Virus record (IMG/VR): IMGVR_UViG_2602042090_000006
Coordinates: 9,728 to 73,727 of that record
Direction: 5' to 3' (one strand)
From: a virus
Taxonomy: Duplodnaviria; Caudoviricetes
DNA length: 64,000 nucleotides
The notes under the pieces were generated by a model. The model saw only the letters and a list, made by a program, of their open reading frames with translations, did no database searches and was not told where the DNA came from. A program made the position numbers and the translations under genes. Positions 28,515 through 36,568 of the stretch are shown here, piece after piece; within the stretch, counting starts at the first letter, position 1, and the number at the start of each line of letters is the position of its first letter.

Positions 28515-30536
28515 TTACTTTTCGGCTCTGGTCTTACGGCCGGGCTTTACTGACCCTGCCGCTGTCTTCCCCGTGGGGAATGGGATGATCGCGCTCTCCT
28601 CGCCCATGATCCGGGCAAGTCCGCGCGAGAAACTGTTTTCAAATTCGCCTTCACCGATCGCCTCGGCCGAGACGGCCGGAGCGAGGTTGCTGCCCGTGAT
28701 GAGGCGGGTGACGACGGGGCGCGGCGCCGGTGTCTCCGGGCGCTTCTCAGCCTTCTGGGCCTTGGCATAGATGTCGGCCAGCTTGCCGGCTTCGATCGTG
28801 CGGTTGAGTTCCAGCAACGACTTCGTTGCCTTGGCGTGATCGGAGGCCTGCCGTGCCGTCTGACGAGCAGCGGCTTGGCAGTCGAAACCAGTGGGGAGCA
28901 CGCACTCCGCGTCACCAATGAACCGGCCGGCGCCGTCGTAGAGCTTGACGGCACCATGCAGGTTTGCCGGATCGAACCGCATGGTCAGCTTTTTGCCGAT
29001 CCACTGATTGAGTACCGGAGCCCAATAGCGGTTGCCGGCGTAGTGGACCGCACCATCCGGCTTGCGAGCGGTGATGTTCTCGGCCGCAAGCATCCAGAGC
29101 GCGCGCTGCGCCGTGCTGGAGTAGCGCAGGATGGTCGAGGGTTCGGCGACGGACTCCGCAAACACGGCGTTGAAGCTGCGGCCATCGGCCATCTCTGTCT
29201 GACGGCCCTCGCGAGCATTGTGCTCTTCGACCATTGCCGAGACATGCTCCTGAAGCACATCGAGCTTCACGGCACGGCGTCCATAATCCTCGGGCTTCTC
29301 GGCAACGTTCGGGCCTGTGTAGGCCCCGGCCATGGCGGGATGCCGCGAAATCTCGTCGGCCAGATCCTTCCAGGCGCGTTCGATCGGCTTTGACCGGCCA
29401 GAATACGGCTTGGTGAAGTGCGCCTCGATGTCGAGCGTCTTCAGGAGGCCGGCGACCTCGTCTTCCGTGATCTTGTACCGGTTCCGGGCCTTGGCGCCGC
29501 CAGAGATCTTCTTCGAAGCGAACGCTTTCCCGTTGTCCATGTAGATGTGGTAGGGCAGCGCGCCGTCCGCGTTCTCGATCATCGCGCCGATGCAGGAGCG
29601 CACCGCTTCCCACGTCTCGGCTTCAGACAGGATCCACGACAGCACCTTGCGGGAGTAAATGTCTTGGATCCCGATGAGGATGACGCGCACCGGCACCTTC
29701 TTCCAGGGCACACGCACGAACAGATCGAGCTTGTGACCATCGGTGTTGACCATCTGCATGGCATGAAGATGCGCGACAGAGCGGGTCTGCGCCGGGAACA
29801 GCCGGGCGGCGGCTTCCTTGCCCTCACGGGCCAATATCTGGACAGCTTTCGGAACCTCAGCTTCGAGGCGCCGGCGCAGCGTGCGCTCGGAAGGGATCGG
29901 CGACCAGCCGTTCGCCTTGGCCGCAGTCATCATCCGGCGGAAGCAGGACGAAAACTTCGGCTTGCCCGACCGCAGGTAGTCCGACTTCAGGACCTCCCAG
30001 GCGTCAGCATGACAATCGGCAAGATCTGCGACAACACCGTTGACCGCAGGCGAGAAGGACGGTGCCAGCGCTGCGAGCCAGTCGGCCCGCGCGTGGCCTT
30101 CGACCATCTGACGCCAGTTGTAGTAGGTCCTCTCCGCGACATCGGCCATACGGGTGCAGTGCCTGACGGCAACCGTCGTCCCGATGCCGGACTTCTCCAT
30201 GTCGTCGACCGCGATTAACACGTTGAAACGCTTCCGGCAGATGTCCTTGTGCTCGTCGGTCAGGGCCTCAAAGCGGCCCCAAAGCAGCTTCGAAGCATCC
30301 TTGACGTCTGCTGCGGTCAGATCCGTATTCAGGAAGGCGAGCTTCTGCCGCGCCTCTTTCGGCAGCAGTGAGTAGTGATATTTGAGGCCACCGCCTTGCT
30401 TGGCGATAGCTGCCACTTTCCCGGCCTGATGATCCCATCCCGCGCGATCCGCATGGTCGCGGATACGCCGGACAGACGTAGGAAGGCCCGGCAACTTTGC
30501 CTCGGCGAGTTCAGGGATGGTGAACCACTCTTTCAT
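28515..30536 (-). CDS. MuA-like DDE transposase
   Basis: 673 aa; N-terminal Mu DNA-binding domain; catalytic NTDGH, YMDNG and KPIERAW motifs. Confidence 0.95.
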   Translation of the reverse strand: MKEWFTIPELAEAKLPGLPTSVRRIRDHADRAGWDHQAGKVAAIAKQGGGLKYHYSLLPKEARQKLAFLNTDLTAADVKDASKLLWGRFEALTDEHKDICRKRFNVLIAVDDMEKSGIGTTVAVRHCTRMADVAERTYYNWRQMVEGHARADWLAALAPSFSPAVNGVVADLADCHADAWEVLKSDYLRSGKPKFSSCFRRMMTAAKANGWSPIPSERTLRRRLEAEVPKAVQILAREGKEAAARLFPAQTRSVAHLHAMQMVNTDGHKLDLFVRVPWKKVPVRVILIGIQDIYSRKVLSWILSEAETWEAVRSCIGAMIENADGALPYHIYMDNGKAFASKKISGGAKARNRYKITEDEVAGLLKTLDIEAHFTKPYSGRSKPIERAWKDLADEISRHPAMAGAYTGPNVAEKPEDYGRRAVKLDVLQEHVSAMVEEHNAREGRQTEMADGRSFNAVFAESVAEPSTILRYSSTAQRALWMLAAENITARKPDGAVHYAGNRYWAPVLNQWIGKKLTMRFDPANLHGAVKLYDGAGRFIGDAECVLPTGFDCQAAARQTARQASDHAKATKSLLELNRTIEAGKLADIYAKAQKAEKRPETPAPRPVVTRLITGSNLAPAVSAEAIGEGEFENSFSRGLARIMGEESAIIPFPTGKTAAGSVKPGRKTRAEK

Positions 30537-30994
30537 CAGCGGCCCCGTCGCTTGATCGTGACGGGACGCGCCTGCAGTGTCTTCAGTTCGGCTGCCAGCT
30601 CGCGTTGCTCCTGCTGAAGGCGTGCGATCTCGGCAAGCCGGGCCTCGTCGCCTTCGAGCAGGATCAAGCCATCCTCACTGAGCACCACATCCCAAAGCCA
30701 GACGGCTCCGGTTGCCCGAACGAACGCCTTGAAGCGCACGAGGCTGATGTCGTGGGCCGTCTTGCTCTCGGCCGTGTAGGCATCGAGCGCGCCTTTCGAC
30801 ACGGACGACAGGCCGAGGTAGTGAGCCATGCGGGTGGCGATCGTGGGCCGATCGTACGGGCATTCGCGGATGGCGCGGGCCATCTCGCGCTTCAGCAGCG
30901 AGCGGAAACGATCGAGGTCGATCTGCTCGGCAGCCTGCCGTACGGGAAACACAGCTTCGGCGAAGAAGTCGAACTGGTGAGGATCGCGCTTCAT
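30536..30994 (-). CDS. Putative DNA-binding regulator
   Basis: IA.RM..YLG...VSK..LDAYTAES; sits directly before A. Confidence 0.7.
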   Translation of the reverse strand: MKRDPHQFDFFAEAVFPVRQAAEQIDLDRFRSLLKREMARAIRECPYDRPTIATRMAHYLGLSSVSKGALDAYTAESKTAHDISLVRFKAFVRATGAVWLWDVVLSEDGLILLEGDEARLAEIARLQQEQRELAAELKTLQARPVTIKRRGR

Positions 30995-31818
30995 GCTGCA
31001 CGCTCCAGAAACGAGAAGTCCGAGTTCGAGCCGATATGGTCGAGGAACCGGCGCTGCGTCTCCTCGTCGGCCTTGCTCCAGAGCGCTGCCATCTTTTCGA
31101 AGACGGCCTGCTGCGGATCGACCTCGGCTTTCGGAGCCTTCAGCATCTGCAAAACCGGCTTGATGTCCGGGCTTTCCCGAAGGGCGTTCGCTACCCTCAG
31201 CTGATCGTCGGCCGACAGCTTTGCCAGCTTGAGCAGCATGGACTGATCGCCTTCGGCATCTGTCCCCCGCACGGCGTGACGCAGTACCGGATGAAGGTTC
31301 TGGCCAATACGTGTTGCGCGTTTGTAGGTGTTCTCTCCGAAACCCAGTCGTTCCTGGACTGCTCTCGACAACTCTCTTCCAGAGGAAAACATCGTAGGGT
31401 CATCGTGACCCTTCGAGTTCTTCAGGTGTCGCGTCTTATCGATTTTGCCGTTTTTCTCCTCCCACAACTCGCGATACTTCATGACGAAGATGGCGCGATC
31501 GAGCGGGTTCAGCTCGTTGCGATAGAGGTTCTCGGAGATCTCCAGCAGCTGCGCTTCTTGCGCATCTGCCTCGACGATGATGGCGTCGATTTCGGACCAA
31601 CCGAGCAGCTTGGCTGCCGTCGTGCGGTAGCCGCCGGCGACCAGCGTGAAGGGCGTAGCGCCCTTGTTCTTTGCAGGCGTCCTGCGGATCATGATCGGGC
31701 TGATCTGGCCGCGCTCGGTAAGCGAGGCCGCGAGCATTTCAACATAGGCCGGGTCGATCGGCCGGAGCCGGTCACCGATATGAATGTCTGAGAGGGGTGC
31801 ACGGATGAACTCGGCCAT
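30991..31818 (-). CDS. ParB N-terminal-domain protein with HTH
   Basis: LAASL.E.GQISPI.I..., LVAGGYR..A, EISENL.R.EL..LDRA motifs. Confidence 0.85.
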   Translation of the reverse strand: MAEFIRAPLSDIHIGDRLRPIDPAYVEMLAASLTERGQISPIMIRRTPAKNKGATPFTLVAGGYRTTAAKLLGWSEIDAIIVEADAQEAQLLEISENLYRNELNPLDRAIFVMKYRELWEEKNGKIDKTRHLKNSKGHDDPTMFSSGRELSRAVQERLGFGENTYKRATRIGQNLHPVLRHAVRGTDAEGDQSMLLKLAKLSADDQLRVANALRESPDIKPVLQMLKAPKAEVDPQQAVFEKMAALWSKADEETQRRFLDHIGSNSDFSFLERAA

Positions 31819-32186
31819 TACGCGGCATCCTCGACGGCTTCATGCAGGGCGGTCGTGAACAGGTCTTGCGCGCGGGCGGCGATCGCGCGGTACGTCCGCT
31901 CGAACACAGGCTCGTCGCAGCGATAATCGACCGTGCGGACGGCCTGACCGACCATCGTGCGACCGACACCGAGCAGCACCATCACGCGACGGCGCGGGAT
32001 ACCGAACTGGACCATGAGGACATGGATGGCGACCTGCCGAGCAAGCGCGGCGTCCAGCATATCGACCGGCGGATTGATGATGAACCGGAGCGGCAGGTGG
32101 CTGAAATGCGACCGGCTGGCACGATAAGCGGCAGCGACCATCGCCTGCAGCCGCTCTTCAGCGGAAAACGGGTTGAGATGGCTCAC
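31818..32186 (-). CDS. HTH protein resembling DnaA C-terminal domain IV; start approximate
   Basis: ARQVAIHVL...IP......LGVGRTMVGQAVRTV pattern. Confidence 0.6.
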   Translation of the reverse strand: MSHLNPFSAEERLQAMVAAAYRASRSHFSHLPLRFIINPPVDMLDAALARQVAIHVLMVQFGIPRRRVMVLLGVGRTMVGQAVRTVDYRCDEPVFERTYRAIAARAQDLFTTALHEAVEDAA

Positions 32187-32470
32187 AGGCTGGCCCTCGC
32201 AACGCTGAAGATGACCGCGAGGAGACCCATGGCAGCGACGCCAAAGATCAAGGTCGTGTCGGCAGCACGGCAGATCGACGAGCGAGCCGGGATGAACGGG
32301 TTACTGCCAAATTCGGGCGTCACTTTCGCCATAGGCTTGAGCGCGGAAACGCGAGAGACTTCAGTTGTGGCGCGGACGGCGCCGTGACTGACGGCCGGGG
32401 ACTTCGGGTCCCTGCGGCAAGTGTCGCGGTAGGCTAGAGCAGACGGTCGTTCGTTCGCGCCCACCATCAC
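32183..32470 (-). CDS. Hypothetical protein with C-terminal TM; start uncertain
   Basis: Fills the gap after ner; hydrophobic C-terminus. Confidence 0.45.
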   Translation of the reverse strand: MMVGANERPSALAYRDTCRRDPKSPAVSHGAVRATTEVSRVSALKPMAKVTPEFGSNPFIPARSSICRAADTTLIFGVAAMGLLAVIFSVARASL

Positions 32471-32733
32471 GCGGCACTCCGGCCGGCGTTGGCATACTTG
32501 GGCGAAAGGATCTTGGATGTCGTCTTGGGATAACGATCAGGAAAAAGCTGCTCGACGGGTTCGCCGAGGAAGTCGGCAATCGCCTGCTCGGATTTCGCGT
32601 TGGGGCGGTTCCAGATCGTGCGGAAACCCCCAGGACTGACATTGTTGATTTCTGCCAGTTTCGTTAAGGTCATCCCACGGCGGCGAAGTTCGCCGAGGAT
32701 GGCGTGACGGTCCCACTTTCGGGGCTTGGTCAT
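32467..32733 (-). CDS. ner: Ner-like transcriptional regulator
   Basis: WDRHAILGELRRRGMTLTKLA...EQAIADFLG.....LFPDRY; divergent from the repressor. Confidence 0.88.
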   Translation of the reverse strand: MTKPRKWDRHAILGELRRRGMTLTKLAEINNVSPGGFRTIWNRPNAKSEQAIADFLGEPVEQLFPDRYPKTTSKILSPKYANAGRSAA

Positions 32734-32831
32734 CCGGTTTCTCCTGCGAAAAGCGGATGTTGGCGCATCCGCTTTTTGTTGAATGTTGTTGAGCACAAGC
32801 AGCCCGCATTACGCGGCTGCTATTGATAGAG

Positions 32832-32875
32832 GTAAAGCGGTTTTATGGCTTTGTAAAGCGTAAAGCGGCTCTATG
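32832..32875. promoter_or_regulatory. Candidate repressor operators in the divergent promoter region
   Basis: GTAAAGCGGTTTTATG (32832) and GTAAAGCGGCTCTATG (32860), plus a third TAAAGCG. Confidence 0.55.
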
Positions 32876-32884
32876 TTTTAAAAT

Positions 32885-33580
32885 ATGGCGCGTCCTGAAT
32901 CCGCACCTAAGACCGAGCTGGCAGCACGGCTTCGAGAGTTTCGCCGACAGATGGGCGATCCTGAACGAGATGAATTTGCGCGCGGGCTGGGCGTCGGAAA
33001 GACAACGCTTGCCTCGTACGAACGAGGCGAGACCGAGCCGACAGCCTCAGTGTTGAACGCCTATCGGGAAAAGTATGGTGCTAACTTGATTTGGTTTGTC
33101 ACCGGCAAAGGCGAAGCCGTTGAGGCCAACCAGCGCGTACAACCGGCTGATCTACCGGCTGAGTTCATCCGCTTGCCGCAGTACGATGTCGCAGCCTCAG
33201 CCGGGCGGGGTGTGATTTCGTACGTAGAACACGCCGCTAACGAGGTGACGTTCGAGAAGCGGTTCCTTCGTGCTCTCGGTGCGCAGCCTGAAAGCTGTTT
33301 CCTCATGTGGGCGAAGGGGGACAGCATGTTGCCGACCTTTCCAGATGGGGCCATGCTGATCGTCGATCAAAGCCAACAGACTGTCGATGACGGCCGGATC
33401 TACGTCTTTAACGCTGAGGGCAATTTGCTCGTGAAACGCGCCAGATGGCGCTTTGACGGCAGTCTCGACCTGATGTCGGACAACGTTGCCGGAAATTACC
33501 CGGTAGAAAGCTTCGTGACAGACCGCATCGTCGATCTGATCGTGGTCGGACGCGTTGTATGGTACGGCCGTTCCGCATAG
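32885..33580 (+). CDS. CI-like repressor (XRE HTH plus S24 autopeptidase)
   Basis: HTH with YERGETEP; ASAG cleavage site; GDSM catalytic Ser; VKR Lys. Confidence 0.93.
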   Translation: MARPESAPKTELAARLREFRRQMGDPERDEFARGLGVGKTTLASYERGETEPTASVLNAYREKYGANLIWFVTGKGEAVEANQRVQPADLPAEFIRLPQYDVAASAGRGVISYVEHAANEVTFEKRFLRALGAQPESCFLMWAKGDSMLPTFPDGAMLIVDQSQQTVDDGRIYVFNAEGNLLVKRARWRFDGSLDLMSDNVAGNYPVESFVTDRIVDLIVVGRVVWYGRSA

Positions 33581-33650
33581 GTCAATTTTCCTAGCGTAAG
33601 GTAGCTTGTGAGAATCTTTTCCACAGCCGATTGACTCCCGATAACTAGGG

Positions 33651-33665
33651 GAACAAACTAGGAAC
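33651..33665 (+). promoter_or_regulatory. Alphaproteobacterial LexA (SOS) box overlapping a promoter
   Basis: GAAC-AAACTAG-GAAC; TTGACT -35 at 33631. Confidence 0.8.
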
Positions 33666-33694
33666 ATCCGCAGCTTTAAAGCAAGGAGTTCCAG

Positions 33695-33949
33695 ATGGCG
33701 TTGCAGACCAAATATATCATTGTGCCCTTCAAAAGAGTGAAGGGAGGAGCGATTGTCCCAGGTGAGATGCGAGCGGCATCGAACGAAGCTTCTGCCGAAC
33801 GGATCGCTGAAGCGATGTCAGAAAGGTTTGCCGGAACCGCTGCTTTCGAAGTTCTTGCTGATATGGAAACGGGCGAAATGACCAGCCCGCGACTGCTCTG
33901 CAAATTTGGCAGCATCGTTGATTTCACAGAGGACGCAGCAGCAGCATGA
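33695..33949 (+). CDS. Hypothetical protein, SOS-box operon gene 1
   Basis: AAGGAG SD; 84 aa. Confidence 0.8.
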   Translation: MALQTKYIIVPFKRVKGGAIVPGEMRAASNEASAERIAEAMSERFAGTAAFEVLADMETGEMTSPRLLCKFGSIVDFTEDAAAA

Positions 33950-34158
33950 ACGCCCCGTCCGAGATCGTCCCTACCCCTCATGCCCCTGAGATGACAGAGC
34001 TTCAGCAGGTGCTGGCTTACCATAACGGGAACACAGTTGCGGCTGTCGAAACTTTGCTCAAGGATTGCCGCCATCTTCGTGAGCAACTCACCTTGGCAGG
34101 TGCTGCCGCCAGCATCGGCTTCACACGCGGTTGGCGACCGGTAGCCGACAGGGACTAG
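33946..34158 (+). CDS. Hypothetical protein, SOS-box operon gene 2
   Basis: ATGA-coupled; helical; ends GFTRGW. Confidence 0.75.
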   Translation: MNAPSEIVPTPHAPEMTELQQVLAYHNGNTVAAVETLLKDCRHLREQLTLAGAAASIGFTRGWRPVADRD

Positions 34159-34160
34159 CC

Positions 34161-34484
34161 GTGCCAGACACTAATGGCCCGAGCAAGAAGATCCGCCGCT
34201 GGACGCTTCGAGAAGCGGCGGATGCTGGCCAGCTGGTCAAACTGATCTGCACATACTGCAAGACTATGAAGCGGTTCACTGCCAGCGACGTTCACCGCCT
34301 CTGTGGCGACCTCACTCTCTACCAGTTCCCGGAGCGGTTCCGCTGTGAGAAATGCGGGAAGAAGGATTATCTGGTGGCAGACTTTGAGGCGCACTACGGA
34401 CCGAATGTTGGCAAGGTGAAGATCCGCCGCCTCGAGCGGATCAAGATCATTCACCGGCCGATCTGGAAGGACGACATCATTTGA
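34161..34484 (+). CDS. Zinc-ribbon protein, SOS-box operon gene 3
   Basis: CTYC...CEKC; GTG start. Confidence 0.75.
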   Translation: MPDTNGPSKKIRRWTLREAADAGQLVKLICTYCKTMKRFTASDVHRLCGDLTLYQFPERFRCEKCGKKDYLVADFEAHYGPNVGKVKIRRLERIKIIHRPIWKDDII

Positions 34485-34573
34485 GCACCGTCCTTCTTAA
34501 ATCAGGCCGTTTTCAAGCTAAACGGCGAGAAACGTTGCGAAATTTCAAGTGAGGACGCACCGTCCTTCTTAAA
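34485..34573 (+). repeat. 17-bp direct repeat GCACCGTCCTTCTTAAA (34485-34501 and 34557-34573)
   Basis: Exact copies 72 bp apart in the non-coding end region. Confidence 0.85.
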
Positions 34574-34648
34574 ATTGACTTGGGGCTGCCAAATCGCCGT
34601 TCCAGGCCGAAATCCTCAGCCAACGCCGTTCGCATCCACATCGTTATA

Positions 34649-34661
34649 AATCAATGATTTG
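34649..34661 (+). promoter_or_regulatory. IHF consensus site near the prophage end
   Basis: AATCAATGATTTG matches WATCAANNNNTTR. Confidence 0.6.
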
Positions 34662-34865
34662 AAGAGCCGTAAAAGGCATTTCGAGGGATCTTGAAGCCCT
34701 CTTCACAGCCGCAGGCAAATTCAGCGAAAATTGCCACATCGGCCTGATTTCGCGGCCGACCCGCTGTCAAAAACTCTTGCCGATCATCCCACGCGATCGT
34801 CGCACAAACCGTTATCATTCAACGGCTTCCCGCAAAATCCCGCAGGTTCCCAGATAATCCCGGTT

Positions 34866-34921
34866 ATTGCAGATAGGTGTGACAGACAACACCGGTGTAG
34901 CCGGACGCGACTTTTTGCAAT
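34866..34921. repeat. Abutting terminal inverted repeats of the two prophage ends with a CCGG spacer
   Basis: TGTTGTCTGTCACACCTATCTGCAAT (minus strand from 34891) vs TGTAGCCGGACGCGACTTTTTGCAAT (plus strand from 34896): 17/26 identical, ungapped. Confidence 0.8.
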
Positions 34922-34999
34922 TTTGACACCGGGTTTTGCAGATACTGAGTTCTGCAAATGCACTGACAAAATGTCTTCAAAGCCTGCTCAACGGCTCGG

Positions 35000-35290
35000 C
35001 TAGTTAAGCCAGCCGTCCCTAAAGAGTTGAGCTCGTGCTTTGGCGCACTGTTCCCAATCGATTTCTCTTTTTTCTTTAAGGGACTCGTCCCGCACCTCCG
35101 CCATTTGAGCGGCAGCGAGTTCACCCATCAGGGAGCGAAGCCACTCTTGGGTTTGGGGTCCGATCGTAATCTTACATTCTTTCACCCGGATCATCACGTC
35201 CAGAATGGCGATCTTACCTGTGACCTGTGCCACTGCCGTCTCACTCACGAACGACAGCGAGGTTATGAAAAAAAGTCCAAGAGCACGCAT
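35000..35290 (-). CDS. Small exported protein (moron)
   Basis: Signal-peptide-like N-terminus (AVA cleavage); two Cys; lower GC. Confidence 0.65.
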   Translation of the reverse strand: MRALGLFFITSLSFVSETAVAQVTGKIAILDVMIRVKECKITIGPQTQEWLRSLMGELAAAQMAEVRDESLKEKREIDWEQCAKARAQLFRDGWLN

Positions 35291-36093
35291 TAAGACCTCA
35301 CAATCAGTTCACGGGCCTGAACGCCTTTGCCGCCCGCGACAGAATAAAGCAGATCCACATCAACAACGTCAAATGCGCCAAACAGCTGCCGCGTCTGAGG
35401 GGCATCGTTGATCGATAGGACGAAATTCCCCTTCAGCCTACCGAGGCGTTCGGCCATCACCTCGAACTGATCACGTCCGAACAGGGCAGCACCATAGTCG
35501 CCCTCGCTGCCGAAGTATGGCGGGTCGAGATAGAAGAGCGCGCCGGGCCGATCGTAACGATCGATAAAGGCCAGCCAGTCGAGGTTCTCGATCACCACAC
35601 CGGCAAGGCGCTCATGCACGTCCTCGAGCATAGGAGCAAGCCGCGTGAGATTGAACCGAGACCCGCCCTCGTGCACCACACCGAACGTCTGGCCCGATAC
35701 CTTGCCGCCGAAGGCAAGCTTCTGGAGATAGATGAAGCGCGCTGCGCGTTCGAGGTCCGTCAGCGTAGAGGGGTCGCACGCCTTCAAGCGCTCGAACTCG
35801 CGACGGCTGGTGATCTGGAATTTGAGGCAATCCATGAACTGCGGATAGTGCCGCTGAAGGATGCGAAACAGGTTCACGACGTCCCCGTTTCTGTCGTTGA
35901 TGACCTCATGCCGAGGCGCCGATCGGCGACGGAAGAACACGCCGCCCATGCCTACGAACGGCTCTGCATAGGTCGTGTGCGGAATGTCGGCGATCATCTT
36001 GACCAAGCGCGGGGCCAAGGTCCGTTTTCCACCGATCCATGCGGCTGGTGGCTGGGTATTAACTACGTCTCTAAAGCCGTCTTCAAAGGGCAT
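35290..36093 (-). CDS. Dam-family (D12 class) DNA adenine methyltransferase at the mom position
   Basis: WIGGK, EPFVGMGGVF, EVIND and LDPPY motifs. Confidence 0.93.
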   Translation of the reverse strand: MPFEDGFRDVVNTQPPAAWIGGKRTLAPRLVKMIADIPHTTYAEPFVGMGGVFFRRRSAPRHEVINDRNGDVVNLFRILQRHYPQFMDCLKFQITSRREFERLKACDPSTLTDLERAARFIYLQKLAFGGKVSGQTFGVVHEGGSRFNLTRLAPMLEDVHERLAGVVIENLDWLAFIDRYDRPGALFYLDPPYFGSEGDYGAALFGRDQFEVMAERLGRLKGNFVLSINDAPQTRQLFGAFDVVDVDLLYSVAGGKGVQARELIVRS

Positions 36094-36116
36094 TTAAAAG
36101 GTTCTCAGAATCATGC

Positions 36117-36222
36117 CACACAGGGCTGCCTCGAAAGAGGTCTGGGTGTGACAGTTATCCTAACTGGCTGTCGGAAGGGTCTGGCGTCGAAACTTGGCCC
36201 GTCCTCGGAGGTTTGCCTCCGG
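36117..36222 (+). ncRNA. Candidate multi-stem structured RNA upstream of the methylase
   Basis: Four adjacent stems, including CCTC-GAAA-GAGG, CAGTTA-TCC-TAACTG and CGGAGG-TTTG-CCTCCG. Confidence 0.45.
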
Positions 36223-36234
36223 CACCTGGTGCTT

Positions 36235-36269
36235 GGCTTGCGGAGATCCATCTGAGATCTCCGCAAGCC
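36235..36269. repeat. Perfect 14-bp inverted repeat
   Basis: GGCTTGCGGAGATC-CATCTGA-GATCTCCGCAAGCC. Confidence 0.85.
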
Positions 36270-36283
36270 GTGTCGCTGAGGTA

Positions 36284-36568
36284 TCAGTTGATCGTCTGTT
36301 CCGCTGTCTCTTGCACAACCGGCTCGGCCGCGACCGGCGCTTCCGGCCGGTTCGGGTTGAGCTTGCGATCGACATATTCAGGCTCGTACTTCTGGAGCAG
36401 GGCATAGGCCTCCGTCAGCTGGGCCGAAATCGTGTCGAAGCCCTGGGCGAGCATATCGCACTCGTTCTGGAGAGCTTCGTTACGGCGCTTCATCGAGTTG
36501 ATCATCATGTGCATGCTGAGTTTCCTTGTGAGGTTGTTCTGGATGGAAAGTCGGGATCGGCGTGTCAT
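36284..36568 (-). CDS. Hypothetical coiled-coil protein
   Basis: ATGA-coupled (MTRRSRLSIQ...). Confidence 0.6.
   Translation of the reverse strand: MTRRSRLSIQNNLTRKLSMHMMINSMKRRNEALQNECDMLAQGFDTISAQLTEAYALLQKYEPEYVDRKLNPNRPEAPVAAEPVVQETAEQTIN

Larger units (their letters stand above)
1..34891 (-). mobile_element. Mu-like transposable prophage copy A (repressor end at 34891; tail end lies outside the window)
   Basis: Mu gene order: repressor, ner, A, B, gemA, mor, lysis, terminase, portal, F, G, I, capsid, tail. The minus strand begins TGTTG at 34891. Confidence 0.93.

Noticed and set aside
34485-34573. CRISPR mini-array
   Set aside because: Only two 17-bp repeats and no cas genes.
34860-34930. 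Integrase att site or tRNA target at the junction
   Set aside because: No tyrosine or serine recombinase and no tRNA-like sequence in the window; TG...CA ends fit DDE transposition.
34731-35124. Short ORFs spanning the end junction
   Set aside because: They cross the inferred prophage termini and show no protein-like motifs.
36111-36251. Com-like translational activator before the methylase
   Set aside because: The 46-codon minus-strand ORF lacks the CxxC zinc-binding pairs.
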